Assembly (NCBI GenBank): GCA_963826715.1
Contig: CAWGYA010000002.1
Location: 96,001-160,000 of the forward strand
Direction: 5' to 3'
Origin: Candidatus Bathyarchaeota archaeon
GTDB lineage: Archaea > Thermoproteota > Bathyarchaeia > Bathyarchaeales > Bathycorpusculaceae
Length of the DNA: 64,000 nt
A program made the position numbers and the translations under genes. Positions 48,804 to 59,121 of this stretch are shown here, piece after piece; position 1 is the first letter of the stretch, and every line of letters begins with the position of its first letter. Below the pieces are notes generated by a model. The model worked only from the letters and a program-made list of their open reading frames with translations. It had not been told where the DNA came from and made no database searches.

Positions 48804-51020
48804 TTAGTTGATTATGCGTGTATTATATTCCTGGATATAGGCCAAGTGTAAAGCATCGAACGGGTAAGTTTCAGCGTTTGTATATGGAAAGCCAGTCATG
48901 TTAAGGAACGGAAGAGGATTTACAGTGAAGTCAAAGCCGTAGCCCCATTCACCTAATGGATCCTTAAACCAACATGCAACAACGAAGAAGTAATCCCGAA
49001 CCATGCCCTCTGCGGGTGGAGATAGGTTATCAGTTGAGAATCCCATGTTAACTTGGTCACCTTGTCGTCCAATCACGTACATGTCGTCGGTTTCCTGAAT
49101 TAAAGGAGTCACATCACCATAACGTGTAAAAGCTCCTGTAGAGACCGAGTTGGTTTCCCACCACTGGCTCATCGTTGCATAGGAGGGTTTTATCGTCGAG
49201 ATTATTGTGCTCTGTTGAGAGGTTGTGTCTATTCCAATGTAGTCGAAGGTTACATTCCAGAAATTAGTTAGCCTGACCTTAAAGTCAGAAACATCTGGGG
49301 GAAACATTCCTGTTAAATCAACGGTGAATGTTCGTGCATTGTAGTCAGAGGGGAGAGGTATTTGTCGGTCCTGAGGTGCGCGTATCCAGGTTCCATTAGC
49401 AGTCATCAATTCCATGTATGGCGCTGGCATAATTGATGTACCATCGGGAACAAGCCCCTGGGCTGCAGCGGTCTTAAACATATCAAGGTAATCGTAGTAT
49501 GTGCTTGCTAACCCCCAGTCCACCATACCTGTTATAACTAGTTTTACACCAGAGGCATTAGAAAGATCACCTAAATCAAGGGTTAACTGGTTTAACTTGA
49601 TATTATTCCATGAAGTGCTTTCCGTACCACTAATTCCCGGAGAGAATACCCCATCTTTAGTGAGGATTTGCTCTAAGACATTTTCTCCCTTCTCATTTGT
49701 TGCGCTAATAGGAGAAAGTAATCCCCCGGCAGTCACCGTATAAATCTGTCCTGTTGAGCCCTTATTGAGATAATTAGTCATTGAAGTGTATACATCGGTA
49801 CCTATGGGGTGATCAACCACAAGCAGATACGCCGAATCCAAATAGTAAAGTTCATCCCATTGTTGAGATAGAGTCAAGTCGAACATACCATTTTTGGAAG
49901 CTAATAAAGTATTATCCAGTTTGACATAGTCATAGGGGTTTCCTCCACCGAAAACGATGTTTCCGTCATGGTTAATGTAGCTAATGTAACCAAGCCACCC
50001 AGGGTTTGAAACATCGGTAACATAGCTATAGCCTGTACCGTTCCAAACGTAGAGAGAGGGACAAGAGGCATAGCCGCTGATGACAGTATAGGTGCAGATT
50101 AAAGCCATTTTGTCACTAAGCGTAAAGGTTCTCGATGGGTTTTTTATGCCATCGCTCCAATAAGAGAATTCGAGTACACCTGTCCCCACGTTAAAGGGTG
50201 AAGGAACAGAAACACTATATTCTCCAACGGGCATTAACTGGTTAAAAGGAGTATTTTGAGTCTCACCATTAAGGGTAATTGGTAGAGTTTTAGAGCCCCC
50301 ACCCGAGCGGTTAATGATAAGCGTATGGTAACCAGTCTTAACAACGCTATATGATCCACTTAATGTGTTCAATTTAACTGGATGTCTCCCTTCTGTGGTT
50401 GCATTAAACACGATTGCAACAGTTTTGCTTTCACCTGCCTCTAAGTTTACCGTTTGAGTGCCCAGAAAAGTGTCATCAACAAATAGTCTAATCAATAACT
50501 TGTCAGATTCAGTAGTTGGATTATAGGCAGTAGCGGTTGCTGTTACATTATTACCAGTCCAAGCTTCAATCGGAGAAATTTTTAGGTCAGAAAGCACTAT
50601 TTTACTTGCATCAGGCGGGGGAGTTTTTACGGTGAAAGAAGAAGTCAAATTCTCCACCATAACATTATAAATACCTTCCATGAATTCAAGGTCGGCAAAC
50701 TCTATGGTCTGATTTGTATGACCTGCTATAGTTATATTTTGAGAGTTTTTGATTTCTTCGTTTATGTAAAATTCTATTGTTTTATTACCTTCTAAATCGC
50801 CGTAGTTAGTTAGATTCACTGATAGTTGCACACCTTCCCCAGCGTAAACTTCAGGAGGGTCAATAGTTAAATCGGTTACCAGAAAAGCAGCAGGTTTCTC
50901 AGCTCCTGCTATGAACCCTTGATCCTGCAGATAAAAGTAGGCACCTGCAGCCGCAGCTATAATTATTAAGTCAATGATCAAAATTGCTTTAAGTTTTACA
51001 ATTGCTGAACTTGACAGCAT
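48804..51020 (-). CDS. Large membrane-anchored surface protein with CARDB/Ig-like domains
   Basis: N-terminal TM; two CARDB-like units (DL.I.P......G..V...V...N.G); C-terminal domain starting SCPSLYVWNG..Y.YVTD and ending YIQEYNTR. Confidence 0.8.
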   Translation of the reverse strand: MLSSSAIVKLKAILIIDLIIIAAAAGAYFYLQDQGFIAGAEKPAAFLVTDLTIDPPEVYAGEGVQLSVNLTNYGDLEGNKTIEFYINEEIKNSQNITIAGHTNQTIEFADLEFMEGIYNVMVENLTSSFTVKTPPPDASKIVLSDLKISPIEAWTGNNVTATATAYNPTTESDKLLIRLFVDDTFLGTQTVNLEAGESKTVAIVFNATTEGRHPVKLNTLSGSYSVVKTGYHTLIINRSGGGSKTLPITLNGETQNTPFNQLMPVGEYSVSVPSPFNVGTGVLEFSYWSDGIKNPSRTFTLSDKMALICTYTVISGYASCPSLYVWNGTGYSYVTDVSNPGWLGYISYINHDGNIVFGGGNPYDYVKLDNTLLASKNGMFDLTLSQQWDELYYLDSAYLLVVDHPIGTDVYTSMTNYLNKGSTGQIYTVTAGGLLSPISATNEKGENVLEQILTKDGVFSPGISGTESTSWNNIKLNQLTLDLGDLSNASGVKLVITGMVDWGLASTYYDYLDMFKTAAAQGLVPDGTSIMPAPYMELMTANGTWIRAPQDRQIPLPSDYNARTFTVDLTGMFPPDVSDFKVRLTNFWNVTFDYIGIDTTSQQSTIISTIKPSYATMSQWWETNSVSTGAFTRYGDVTPLIQETDDMYVIGRQGDQVNMGFSTDNLSPPAEGMVRDYFFVVACWFKDPLGEWGYGFDFTVNPLPFLNMTGFPYTNAETYPFDALHLAYIQEYNTRIIN

Positions 51021-51302
51021 ACTCCAACACCAATACTCGGCTGAGTGTAAAATAACACGTTGACAATTAAAGCTTTATGTGATTTCATTTTTTGAGAGCC
51101 AAGATTAAAAGGGGCAGTTTCAAAAAGATTGGAAGTTCAATGGTATTCATATTAAGAAGAAAAGCGAAACATCAATTTCCGTTTAATGTTTAATCGATTA
51201 AGACAAAAGAAGAAGCAACCCCCCACCACACTTCTTCTTCTTTTAAAAGAGAAAGGGGAAAACATTCAATTTTCTTTGGGCAACAAAAAATGCACTAACA
51301 GA

Positions 51303-51908
51303 TTACGGTGAATTATAGAAATAGGGGTTTTCAACTAGGTTTGCCATGGCATATCTCTCAGCTAACACTTCATCTACCCACGAAATATTTTTCTTCATCC
51401 GCTTGACTTCTAAAAAAATTCCCCGTTTCAGCTGTTCCTGCGATATTTTTGTTTCTGGACTAGGAAAACCTATTGACATCATTTTTAGCGGGTCAAGATG
51501 AGTTCTAATCGAGACATTCTTGTACCAGTTTTCCGCAGCATTTCTAGGTTTAGCTTTTGCCCAGGCTATCTTTTCATGCTGAATCTCTTCTTCGAATTCA
51601 GGGAAGTCGGGAGAATTTTCATCAAAGATATGACCTAATTCATGTCGGATAATCAGTTTTGTTGTATCGGTTAATTTTCCAGCGTCAATATCACGTTTGG
51701 CAGCTATCTTAATGTGCTGTTCGGTAGCTTCTGATACCCCACCAGAATCATAATTCTCAACCGCAATTATTTGAATGGTTTCGAGAACCTCTACTGCTTT
51801 TTCTTTGCCGTATTGGCTTGTAAGAAAAGCCTCCACATATTCTTTCATCTGTTTTTCTATCTGCTTGATAGTTGAACCCAAGAGCCTTCTCCTCGCTTCT
51901 TGAGTCAA
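51303..51908 (-). CDS. Hypothetical protein with HExxH metallopeptidase-like motif
   Basis: IRHELGH...HEKIAW; start uncertain (TTG 51908 or ATG 51848). Confidence 0.6.
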   Translation of the reverse strand: MTQEARRRLLGSTIKQIEKQMKEYVEAFLTSQYGKEKAVEVLETIQIIAVENYDSGGVSEATEQHIKIAAKRDIDAGKLTDTTKLIIRHELGHIFDENSPDFPEFEEEIQHEKIAWAKAKPRNAAENWYKNVSIRTHLDPLKMMSIGFPSPETKISQEQLKRGIFLEVKRMKKNISWVDEVLAERYAMANLVENPYFYNSP

Positions 51909-52209
51909 AATACGGCAGATTTGATTTAATACCTTGTTTCGATAGTTGTAATATTTCCAAAATCGGAATATCTTCAATCTGCCCAAGTGGGGGGAACAAT
52001 ATCTGACAGGAAGATCACTGAGAAAGCAAGAAACTCTTTTTCACGTTATTTAAAGTCCAAATATAAAAAAAATAGGTACAAAGAGAATATCACTTAATTT
52101 ACTCAGGTAAAAAAAATGGTAGTAGAGACGCAGACTAGTACCTAACCTTTAAAAATAAACAACATTAAAAATCTTAAAAAAAATAAAAACAAAAGGAAAA
52201 AATAGACGC

Positions 52210-53286
52210 CTAAAGTCTAAACTTTAGACGACCGAGGTGTTTTTCATTCTTTTTCAAGAATGCACTTTCAACACCAGTAACAACTGCCATTACTGAAACT
52301 GCGCCTTTTAATTCTGAATCAACTCTGGCACCCCAAATAATTTTCACATTGGGTGGCAATGAGCGCTTCATGATTTCAGCTGCTCTGTTGACTTCAGTAA
52401 GTGTTAGGTCATCTCCTCCTGAGACATGAATGAGTAAACCCTTAGCTTTTGTTACGTCTTCAATGTCAAGTAGCCGTCCATTTAATGCTTTATCAACTGC
52501 TGTTTCAATTCGACTTTCACCGTTTCCTTCACCAATACCAATTGATGCTAATCCTGCACCTGTCATAATTGCTTTGAGATCTGCATAATCCATGTTGATT
52601 AAGCTAGCAGTGGTAATGGTTTCTGTAACACCCTTCACGAATTTACCCACAGTTGTGTTAGCAACTCCTAAAGCTTCTCTAAAGGGCAAGTTTCCAGCAA
52701 CTTTAACCAGCCGGTTATTGTCAATGACAACTACTGTATCGCATACAGATTTCAACCTAGTTAGACCCTTTTTTGCCGCTTCCATTCTGGCTGTTTCAAC
52801 TTCAAACGGAAGAGTGACTACACCCACGATTAACGGAGACATCGGTTGATCTGCAAATTTCTTGCGCAGCGCATCGGCTAAACCAACGATTGACCCTGTA
52901 CCGGTACCTCCACCTAGACCAGCTACCAGAAATATTATATTTGATTTAGAGAGTTCATGAATAACTTCGTTTGCTGATTCATAGAGCGCTTTCTCGCCGA
53001 TATCTGGATAGCCACCAGCCCCCATGCCGTGTGTGAGCTTCTCGCCGATGAGAATTCTTTTGTCAGCTTTGGTAATTTTTAGATGAGTCGCATCTGTGTT
53101 TACCGCAATCAATTTACTGCCAGTGACGCCCTTTTCCTTAGTCCAAGTGATGACGTTGCACCCGGCACCGCCGAGCCCAACGGCAGCTACTGTAGGTATG
53201 GCCATTCTGGCAAATTTTTCGATTTTTTCTTCTTGTGTTTCCACAAAAGGTTGTTCTTGATACGGATATAATTCTTGTTCATTCAT
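52210..53286 (-). CDS. ftsZ: Cell division protein FtsZ
   Basis: GLGGAGCN, AVNTD, AGLGGGTGTG, PFEVE, DNNRL, NMDYAD (T7 loop). Confidence 0.96.
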   Translation of the reverse strand: MNEQELYPYQEQPFVETQEEKIEKFARMAIPTVAAVGLGGAGCNVITWTKEKGVTGSKLIAVNTDATHLKITKADKRILIGEKLTHGMGAGGYPDIGEKALYESANEVIHELSKSNIIFLVAGLGGGTGTGSIVGLADALRKKFADQPMSPLIVGVVTLPFEVETARMEAAKKGLTRLKSVCDTVVVIDNNRLVKVAGNLPFREALGVANTTVGKFVKGVTETITTASLINMDYADLKAIMTGAGLASIGIGEGNGESRIETAVDKALNGRLLDIEDVTKAKGLLIHVSGGDDLTLTEVNRAAEIMKRSLPPNVKIIWGARVDSELKGAVSVMAVVTGVESAFLKKNEKHLGRLKFRL

Positions 53287-53452
53287 GATGTTCTTACCCC
53301 AATTCCATGTTTCTTAAGACTTAATACAATGATATAAGTATTGTGAATCAATATTTACGACATAGATTTGTTGTACACGACTACGACTACCCCATCTCGC
53401 AATATACCTTATATACAACAAATGTTAAACATCAATCCAGGAGCCTGGCAAA

Positions 53453-53851
53453 ATGAAAAAACTCACGTTAATGAAAAAATTCATGAATGATTTCGTCGGA
53501 AAAGGCTTACACCTTACAATTCAAGAGAAAGAAGGAAGTTTTAATGTGCATACTATCGAAATAATGCAGAAAACCGATGATGACTGTCCAGTGGAGGATT
53601 TACCTATCGGCGACTATTTCCTCCATTTAGTGGCCAGAAATCCTCAGGGAAGTGAAGCCTCAATAGTCTGTGACTGGTCAGATGATTTACTAAAGAGCCT
53701 TTTATCAAATTACAAAGAGATCAAAGACGCACAATATTCCCAAGTAACGATGTTTCGAGACCCCCTTTCTAAGAAATCAAACAAGTGGTTACTTACATGG
53801 GCCAATGAAAAACGTAAACCCAAAAAAGATCCTATACAATACATAAGCTAA
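53453..53851 (+). CDS. Hypothetical protein divergent from ftsZ
   Basis: 132-aa ORF with AGGAG RBS. Confidence 0.7.
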   Translation: MKKLTLMKKFMNDFVGKGLHLTIQEKEGSFNVHTIEIMQKTDDDCPVEDLPIGDYFLHLVARNPQGSEASIVCDWSDDLLKSLLSNYKEIKDAQYSQVTMFRDPLSKKSNKWLLTWANEKRKPKKDPIQYIS

Positions 53852-54170
53852 ACTATCATTTTATCAAGTTTCTTTTCACTTTTTTGGATTTTATTCTCAG
53901 TTCAACTGCCGTATTTCTTTTTGACCAAATTTGAAATTTTAATATGATCAGGATCGAATGCAATCTTAGCAGGATTCCACTATTTGTGATTCAACCAAGC
54001 CAATTTTTTAAGAGCATTGGGAAAAAGCGAAAAAGCATCTTTGTACAATTAAAAAACAAGCTGAAAAAAATCTAACCAACTCTTATTTGATTTGAATTTC
54101 CTTAACAATAATAAATTGTCGCCCACAAAGAACCAATACCACAGCAGAAGATAATAAGATATTTCTGATT

Positions 54171-55346
54171 TTAACTTATAGTTTGGTTCCAAAAATATAC
54201 CGCACCATAACTTGGCAACAAAACCGAAGCTTGGGGACTATCGTAGAGAATGTCAAAACGTTCACCATAGCGACCAATCAATAAATCAACATCGTTAAAA
54301 ATTTTCGGTGACAATCCATCAGGCGGGAACAACCCCCAGATGTTATCTTTGGCTGAGCGGAAACCAAAACCATAATCAGAAGGGACCACATACGCCGCCT
54401 CCACATTATTTTTGCCAAGACTCTGAGGATCTTTGTGAATTATGTTCCAAAATTCGCGCATTTTTTCAAAATGCTGTTCGGTTATTGTACCGTAGTTGGT
54501 TGTGTTTGGGTAACTGAAAACCACCAAATATTTAGCACCGGACCTATAGGCTAACGTTAGATCACTATAGAGTTCCTCAGGACTTCCGAGATATGGAGCG
54601 TGATCATATTTCCACGTAACAATAACGCCCCAATCTTTTCCGAAGGCTTCAGCCGCACCCCTGCAAAGGGCGATGTGACGTTCACGACTTTCATTACCCA
54701 CAAATTCACCGAAAATAGTTGTATAATTTGCTTTATAATCAAACCAATATAACCCATAATCAGAGGTATAGATTTTAGGGCTGTATTGAAGGTAATACGC
54801 CGGAAAATAGGATAAATTGCCAGTATAAACTTCAGATAATTGAGCATATGAGGGGTTGGAGGCTAAATCATAGCTATGAATGAGCTGGGATGGTCCGTTG
54901 TCGAGTTGGTTTCCACCTGGCTCGTCATAACGGTAAATGCCTAAAAAGCGCTCTCCGTACTTAACCGAGGCATCTGTCATCCATGTTGTGATGTTGTAGT
55001 CATATTTTTCAAGTCCCGTAAATAAGACAATAAAATTTAGATTTGCCTTAAAGATTTTATCGCAGGCCTCATTCAAAGAAGACTGGTTCAAGGTCAATTC
55101 AAGAGAACCCAAAACCACCAAATTAGTATAGCCTCTAACCTTATCAACCAAAGCTTGTACCTGAATGGGTTGATCACCGTATGCGAATTCAACACCAAAG
55201 TAAAATTCCGTATTAGCTTGATGATTGCTAAAACTGTTCAAGGCCACAAAAAGGGACAGAATAACAACAGCAACTAATGCTATAGCAATTATTGAAACCT
55301 TTTTTCGGTTCAAATCTGCCCAACCGTAAATTATCCTAAACTGCAA
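54171..55346 (-). CDS. Membrane-anchored exported hypothetical protein (possibly glycoside-hydrolase-like barrel)
   Basis: N-terminal TM; G.Y..DEPGG.QLD motif; aromatic-rich; real start may be TTG at 55313. Confidence 0.65.
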   Translation of the reverse strand: MQFRIIYGWADLNRKKVSIIAIALVAVVILSLFVALNSFSNHQANTEFYFGVEFAYGDQPIQVQALVDKVRGYTNLVVLGSLELTLNQSSLNEACDKIFKANLNFIVLFTGLEKYDYNITTWMTDASVKYGERFLGIYRYDEPGGNQLDNGPSQLIHSYDLASNPSYAQLSEVYTGNLSYFPAYYLQYSPKIYTSDYGLYWFDYKANYTTIFGEFVGNESRERHIALCRGAAEAFGKDWGVIVTWKYDHAPYLGSPEELYSDLTLAYRSGAKYLVVFSYPNTTNYGTITEQHFEKMREFWNIIHKDPQSLGKNNVEAAYVVPSDYGFGFRSAKDNIWGLFPPDGLSPKIFNDVDLLIGRYGERFDILYDSPQASVLLPSYGAVYFWNQTIS

Positions 55347-55382
55347 ACCTATCTATTATAGATTTAAGACTTCTTCAAGTTC

Positions 55383-55820
55383 TTATCTGCTGAACAAGCC
55401 TATCAACTTACCCTCGGCAAGAACATGACTTTCCATAGCTTGCTCGAGATCTCTCTTGTCACTTTTAGAGTTTAGCTGTAGTAGACTATCCAAGGCGTAA
55501 ACCTTAAAAAAGTACCTGTGCTGCTTTCCCAACGGTGGACAGGGCCCTATGTAAGAGTTTTCTCTATTGCTGTTTAAGCCTTCTAAACCTGGAACTGTGT
55601 CCTCCATTATTTTGGTTATTGAGGGAGGAATATTCCAAACTATCCAGTGATCGAAGGTCCCGTGGGGGGCATCAGGGTCTTCAAGAATCAAAACGAGACT
55701 TTGAGTTTCTTGAGGGATTCCATCTATGAATATCGGCGGATTGGGTCCTTCACAACTGTATTTTTTGGGGATTATCTGGTTTGATTCAAAGGCTGGGCTA
55801 GTCACATGAAGTTCCTTCAT
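55383..55820 (-). CDS. YbhB/YbcL (PEBP) family protein
   Basis: EDPDAP.G.FDHW..WNIP, Y.GPCPP....HRY.F.VYALD. Confidence 0.93.
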   Translation of the reverse strand: MKELHVTSPAFESNQIIPKKYSCEGPNPPIFIDGIPQETQSLVLILEDPDAPHGTFDHWIVWNIPPSITKIMEDTVPGLEGLNSNRENSYIGPCPPLGKQHRYFFKVYALDSLLQLNSKSDKRDLEQAMESHVLAEGKLIGLFSR

Positions 55821-56112
55821 AAATTGTCCCTATATCCATGTTCCTCGTTGCTAAATAAAAAGTTAATGAATTGGATGATGGAAAAAATCATATCAGTAAA
55901 AAACCTCTTCACACATTGTTTTGATCATAAGGCATGAAAAAATGTTGCTATTTTGGTCTTAAGTTAGAAAACACTTCTCATCCAAAATGTTTAAAAATTT
56001 TCTTTAAAAAAATTTACGTAGATATAGATTACAAGATCCTCGCCATATAATGAAAAAAATAACAGAAGCAACAATATTTTTAGCTACAGACTTTTATGTT
56101 CAACGTTTAGTG

Positions 56113-57816
56113 TTAGATTTCTGCTTTACGTATCAACTCTTTTGCTAAGCCAATATTAATTCTATAGAACATCATGGCGAAAACTGAGGCAATAACGCAA
56201 CTCATTATCAGTGCGATAACTATTGTGAGGGGCCCCAGTGATCCAATTGGAACGTACGATGATAGAAATAGCGAAATAGCGTATGGCACAAATGGCGCCA
56301 AAACAGCAAAACCCGCTAGTGCACAAGAAAGTAGACTGATTATCGCCCACTCCTGTCGAATCATCCTTGCACGTCGAGTCACAGAGAAGTCAGCGCCTTT
56401 AAAGCCGTTTGTTAAGCCGATTGAGCCTAAAGCAAAAATAAGAAATAGTCCCTCAACGAAAGCAACTATAATCATTAAGATGGATGGTTGGAAATAGATT
56501 ATTCCTACAGTGGTAGTAAGAATTTGGATGATTATAGAGAAGAAAACCAGGAAGGAGTACTTGCTTTTGACCAAATTTTTGGGTGAAACTGGTGAGGCGT
56601 AAATTCTCCAGACCGATTGTCCTTCTTCACCAATCAGCATGTTACCTAACTGCATAGACATGATTGCCCCGGGTATGAGGAAGATCATAACTTCCCAGAA
56701 GAAATTTAGAGCGGGCGGTGAACCAGAATTAGCTGTATTGAGGGAATTAAAGATGGGCACTATTACGAATACAATGGGAATGATGAATATTCCCAGCAAT
56801 TCTCTGCGTCGAGTAAAAGCTCGTATATCCTTGCGGATAATAGCTGCTTCTAGGCTTGAGAAGCCTAGTTTGCCCAATAATCCAGCTTTAGGTACATAAA
56901 TACCGTTTGTCTGAATCCTAATTGCTGGTGGTTCGTAGAGACCGAATCTTTGGTTAAGTAGGATAGCAATGTAGTAGAGGGCTACAATGAATAGTGCAGA
57001 GCTACCCACAAAAGCAATTGCAAGCAGGTTACTACTAAATATGAAGTAGAGAGTTATTCCCAGCCATAAGAAAGGAATAAACCATAATGAATTCTGAAAA
57101 GTCGCTAAAGTTTGTACAAAAGTAAGGGCACCTGTACCAGTAAATATAGCAAAGTAGACCAAGTACAGGATGATGAAGAAAAACAATGAACCGATAAGGC
57201 GAACCCAAATTGCTGCACGACCACTTGACTTGTAGACTGCACCAGTGAACCGTACTTGGAGAATCCTTAAAATTTCTGTAGTAGCGCTACCCATGAAAGC
57301 GGCGGCAAGCATCGCTATAACAGTTATTAGAGCAGTTGCAATTAAGCCGTTAAAGATTGCGAAAACAATAATCCCAGCTGCAAATCCAATAACTAATGCA
57401 ATTGGGAGACCCAACAAATTGGAAAGGATTGATGCTAAAGTATGTTCCTGCCAGGTTACTGGCAGCCAATACATGACTTGAGAGGTTTTCTTTAACCCAG
57501 CAAGCTGAATTTGTTGAAACATTGTGAAAATTAAAGCCATGATTAGAATAATCGTTGGCAATGACACGAAGAAGCTATTTGCCGCTTCCGCTAACAAGGG
57601 CAGACCTCCTGGTATATCAGTTGAGGGTACTGAATACAAGGATTGAATTATTAGGTTTGACAACAACCCTCCTACAATTCCAATTATTCCAGCTAACCAA
57701 TACGGCCAGTATGCCAGTATACGATGTTCCCTGTAATGCGTAGCTTTAATACCTCTTAGGAGCCTGCTTGATTTGCGTTCTACTCGAAGCAGATAGAGGA
57801 CGTTTTTCCAATTCAT
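56113..57816 (-). CDS. Large multi-TM ABC exporter permease
   Basis: Two multi-TM halves, KD.R...RR and SPVSP...V.SK motifs; overlaps the ATPase stop codon. Confidence 0.8.
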   Translation of the reverse strand: MNWKNVLYLLRVERKSSRLLRGIKATHYREHRILAYWPYWLAGIIGIVGGLLSNLIIQSLYSVPSTDIPGGLPLLAEAANSFFVSLPTIILIMALIFTMFQQIQLAGLKKTSQVMYWLPVTWQEHTLASILSNLLGLPIALVIGFAAGIIVFAIFNGLIATALITVIAMLAAAFMGSATTEILRILQVRFTGAVYKSSGRAAIWVRLIGSLFFFIILYLVYFAIFTGTGALTFVQTLATFQNSLWFIPFLWLGITLYFIFSSNLLAIAFVGSSALFIVALYYIAILLNQRFGLYEPPAIRIQTNGIYVPKAGLLGKLGFSSLEAAIIRKDIRAFTRRRELLGIFIIPIVFVIVPIFNSLNTANSGSPPALNFFWEVMIFLIPGAIMSMQLGNMLIGEEGQSVWRIYASPVSPKNLVKSKYSFLVFFSIIIQILTTTVGIIYFQPSILMIIVAFVEGLFLIFALGSIGLTNGFKGADFSVTRRARMIRQEWAIISLLSCALAGFAVLAPFVPYAISLFLSSYVPIGSLGPLTIVIALIMSCVIASVFAMMFYRINIGLAKELIRKAEI

Positions 57817-58586
57817 TTCAAAAGTTCCTCAACAACAGCTTTCAAATCGCCTGTGCCTGTTAACTTGAGGAAAATATCTTCTAAACCTGAGCCTGGAAGG
57901 CTTGCGCGTTCTCTTAGCTCATTCATAGTACCAAGCGCTAGGATATTTCCCTGGTACATGATGCCTATTCGGTCACATACCGCCTCAGCAATTTCCAAAA
58001 CATGTGTTGAAAGGATCGTGGTTACTCCTTGAGATTTAAGCTCATACAGGAAATCTTTGACGATACGAGCACTTCGGGGGTCCAAAGCGGTGAGTGGTTC
58101 ATCAAGGATCAAAAGTTTGGGTTTATGAAGAAATGCCGATATGAGGCTTAGTTTCTTTCTCATTCCATCTGAGTAACTGTTTATCATGTCCCCCTCTCTG
58201 CCCTTAAGCTCTAGAGCTTTGAGGTATTCGGTGATACGTTGTTGTTTATCTGTAGTTGAGACATTGTAGATGTCACCGATAAAATCAAGATATTCGATCC
58301 CGGTTAAAAACTCGTACACATTTGGAGATTCAGGAACGTAACCAACCTGCCGCTTAATACCGACTGGGTCCTTTTGTACATCCAACCCCAGAACGTTGAT
58401 TTCACCAGCGCTTGGAGTAACGAGCCCAAGCAACATTTTGAGAGTGGTGGATTTCCCTGATCCGTTGGGACCTAAAAGGGCAAAAATCTCGCCAGTTGGA
58501 ATTGCTAAGCTGATGTTATTTACCGCGACTATTTCATTGTAACGTTTAGTCACACCACGAAGTTCAACTGCATATGAGCTACTCAT
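57813..58586 (-). CDS. ABC transporter ATP-binding protein
   Basis: GPNGSGKST, YSDGM, LILDEP, STH. Confidence 0.95.
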   Translation of the reverse strand: MSSSYAVELRGVTKRYNEIVAVNNISLAIPTGEIFALLGPNGSGKSTTLKMLLGLVTPSAGEINVLGLDVQKDPVGIKRQVGYVPESPNVYEFLTGIEYLDFIGDIYNVSTTDKQQRITEYLKALELKGREGDMINSYSDGMRKKLSLISAFLHKPKLLILDEPLTALDPRSARIVKDFLYELKSQGVTTILSTHVLEIAEAVCDRIGIMYQGNILALGTMNELRERASLPGSGLEDIFLKLTGTGDLKAVVEELLK

Positions 58587-58674
58587 TATGGGTCCACCGA
58601 TTGCAAATAGGATATTTTATATATTTAAGCAATATGTAAAAGAAACAAGCTAACAAAAGAAAGGTTAAAAAAAC

Positions 58675-59121
58675 TCAGATAAAGCTGAGTTCAAAACTTA
58701 TCGGAACATCCTCGCCCCAAGACTGTCTAATTGGGCAAATTTTCTGAGCCATTCCATAAACCATAGTTGCTTTCTTGCGTTCACGCTCAGTATCGTTTGC
58801 TAAACCTACATTCATCGCGAAGTGGACATCAGTGAAAATCAGCTTCTCCATACCTTCTACGTTCATTTTAACCGTTGCTTTGGTCTCTAGATTTTTTAGG
58901 TCAAGTTGGCTGTTTTTAGCAATTAAAAGGAACAGCGTGTTGATACAAGAGGCTAAGGCAGCTGCAAAAATGTCTTCTGGTGTACAGTAGCCTTCTTTTC
59001 CTCCAAAAGAGGGCGGAGGGCTAACTGAAACTATTTGTTTACCTTTAACGAATAATCCACATTCTGTTCCGCCACTCCATGTGGCGACACCTTCAAAATT
59101 CATTTCGGGCATAAAAATCAC
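58675..59121 (-). CDS. OsmC/Ohr family protein
   Basis: PP.FGG....TPED....ALASC...CPI. Confidence 0.9.
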   Translation of the reverse strand: MIFMPEMNFEGVATWSGGTECGLFVKGKQIVSVSPPPSFGGKEGYCTPEDIFAAALASCINTLFLLIAKNSQLDLKNLETKATVKMNVEGMEKLIFTDVHFAMNVGLANDTERERKKATMVYGMAQKICPIRQSWGEDVPISFELSFI

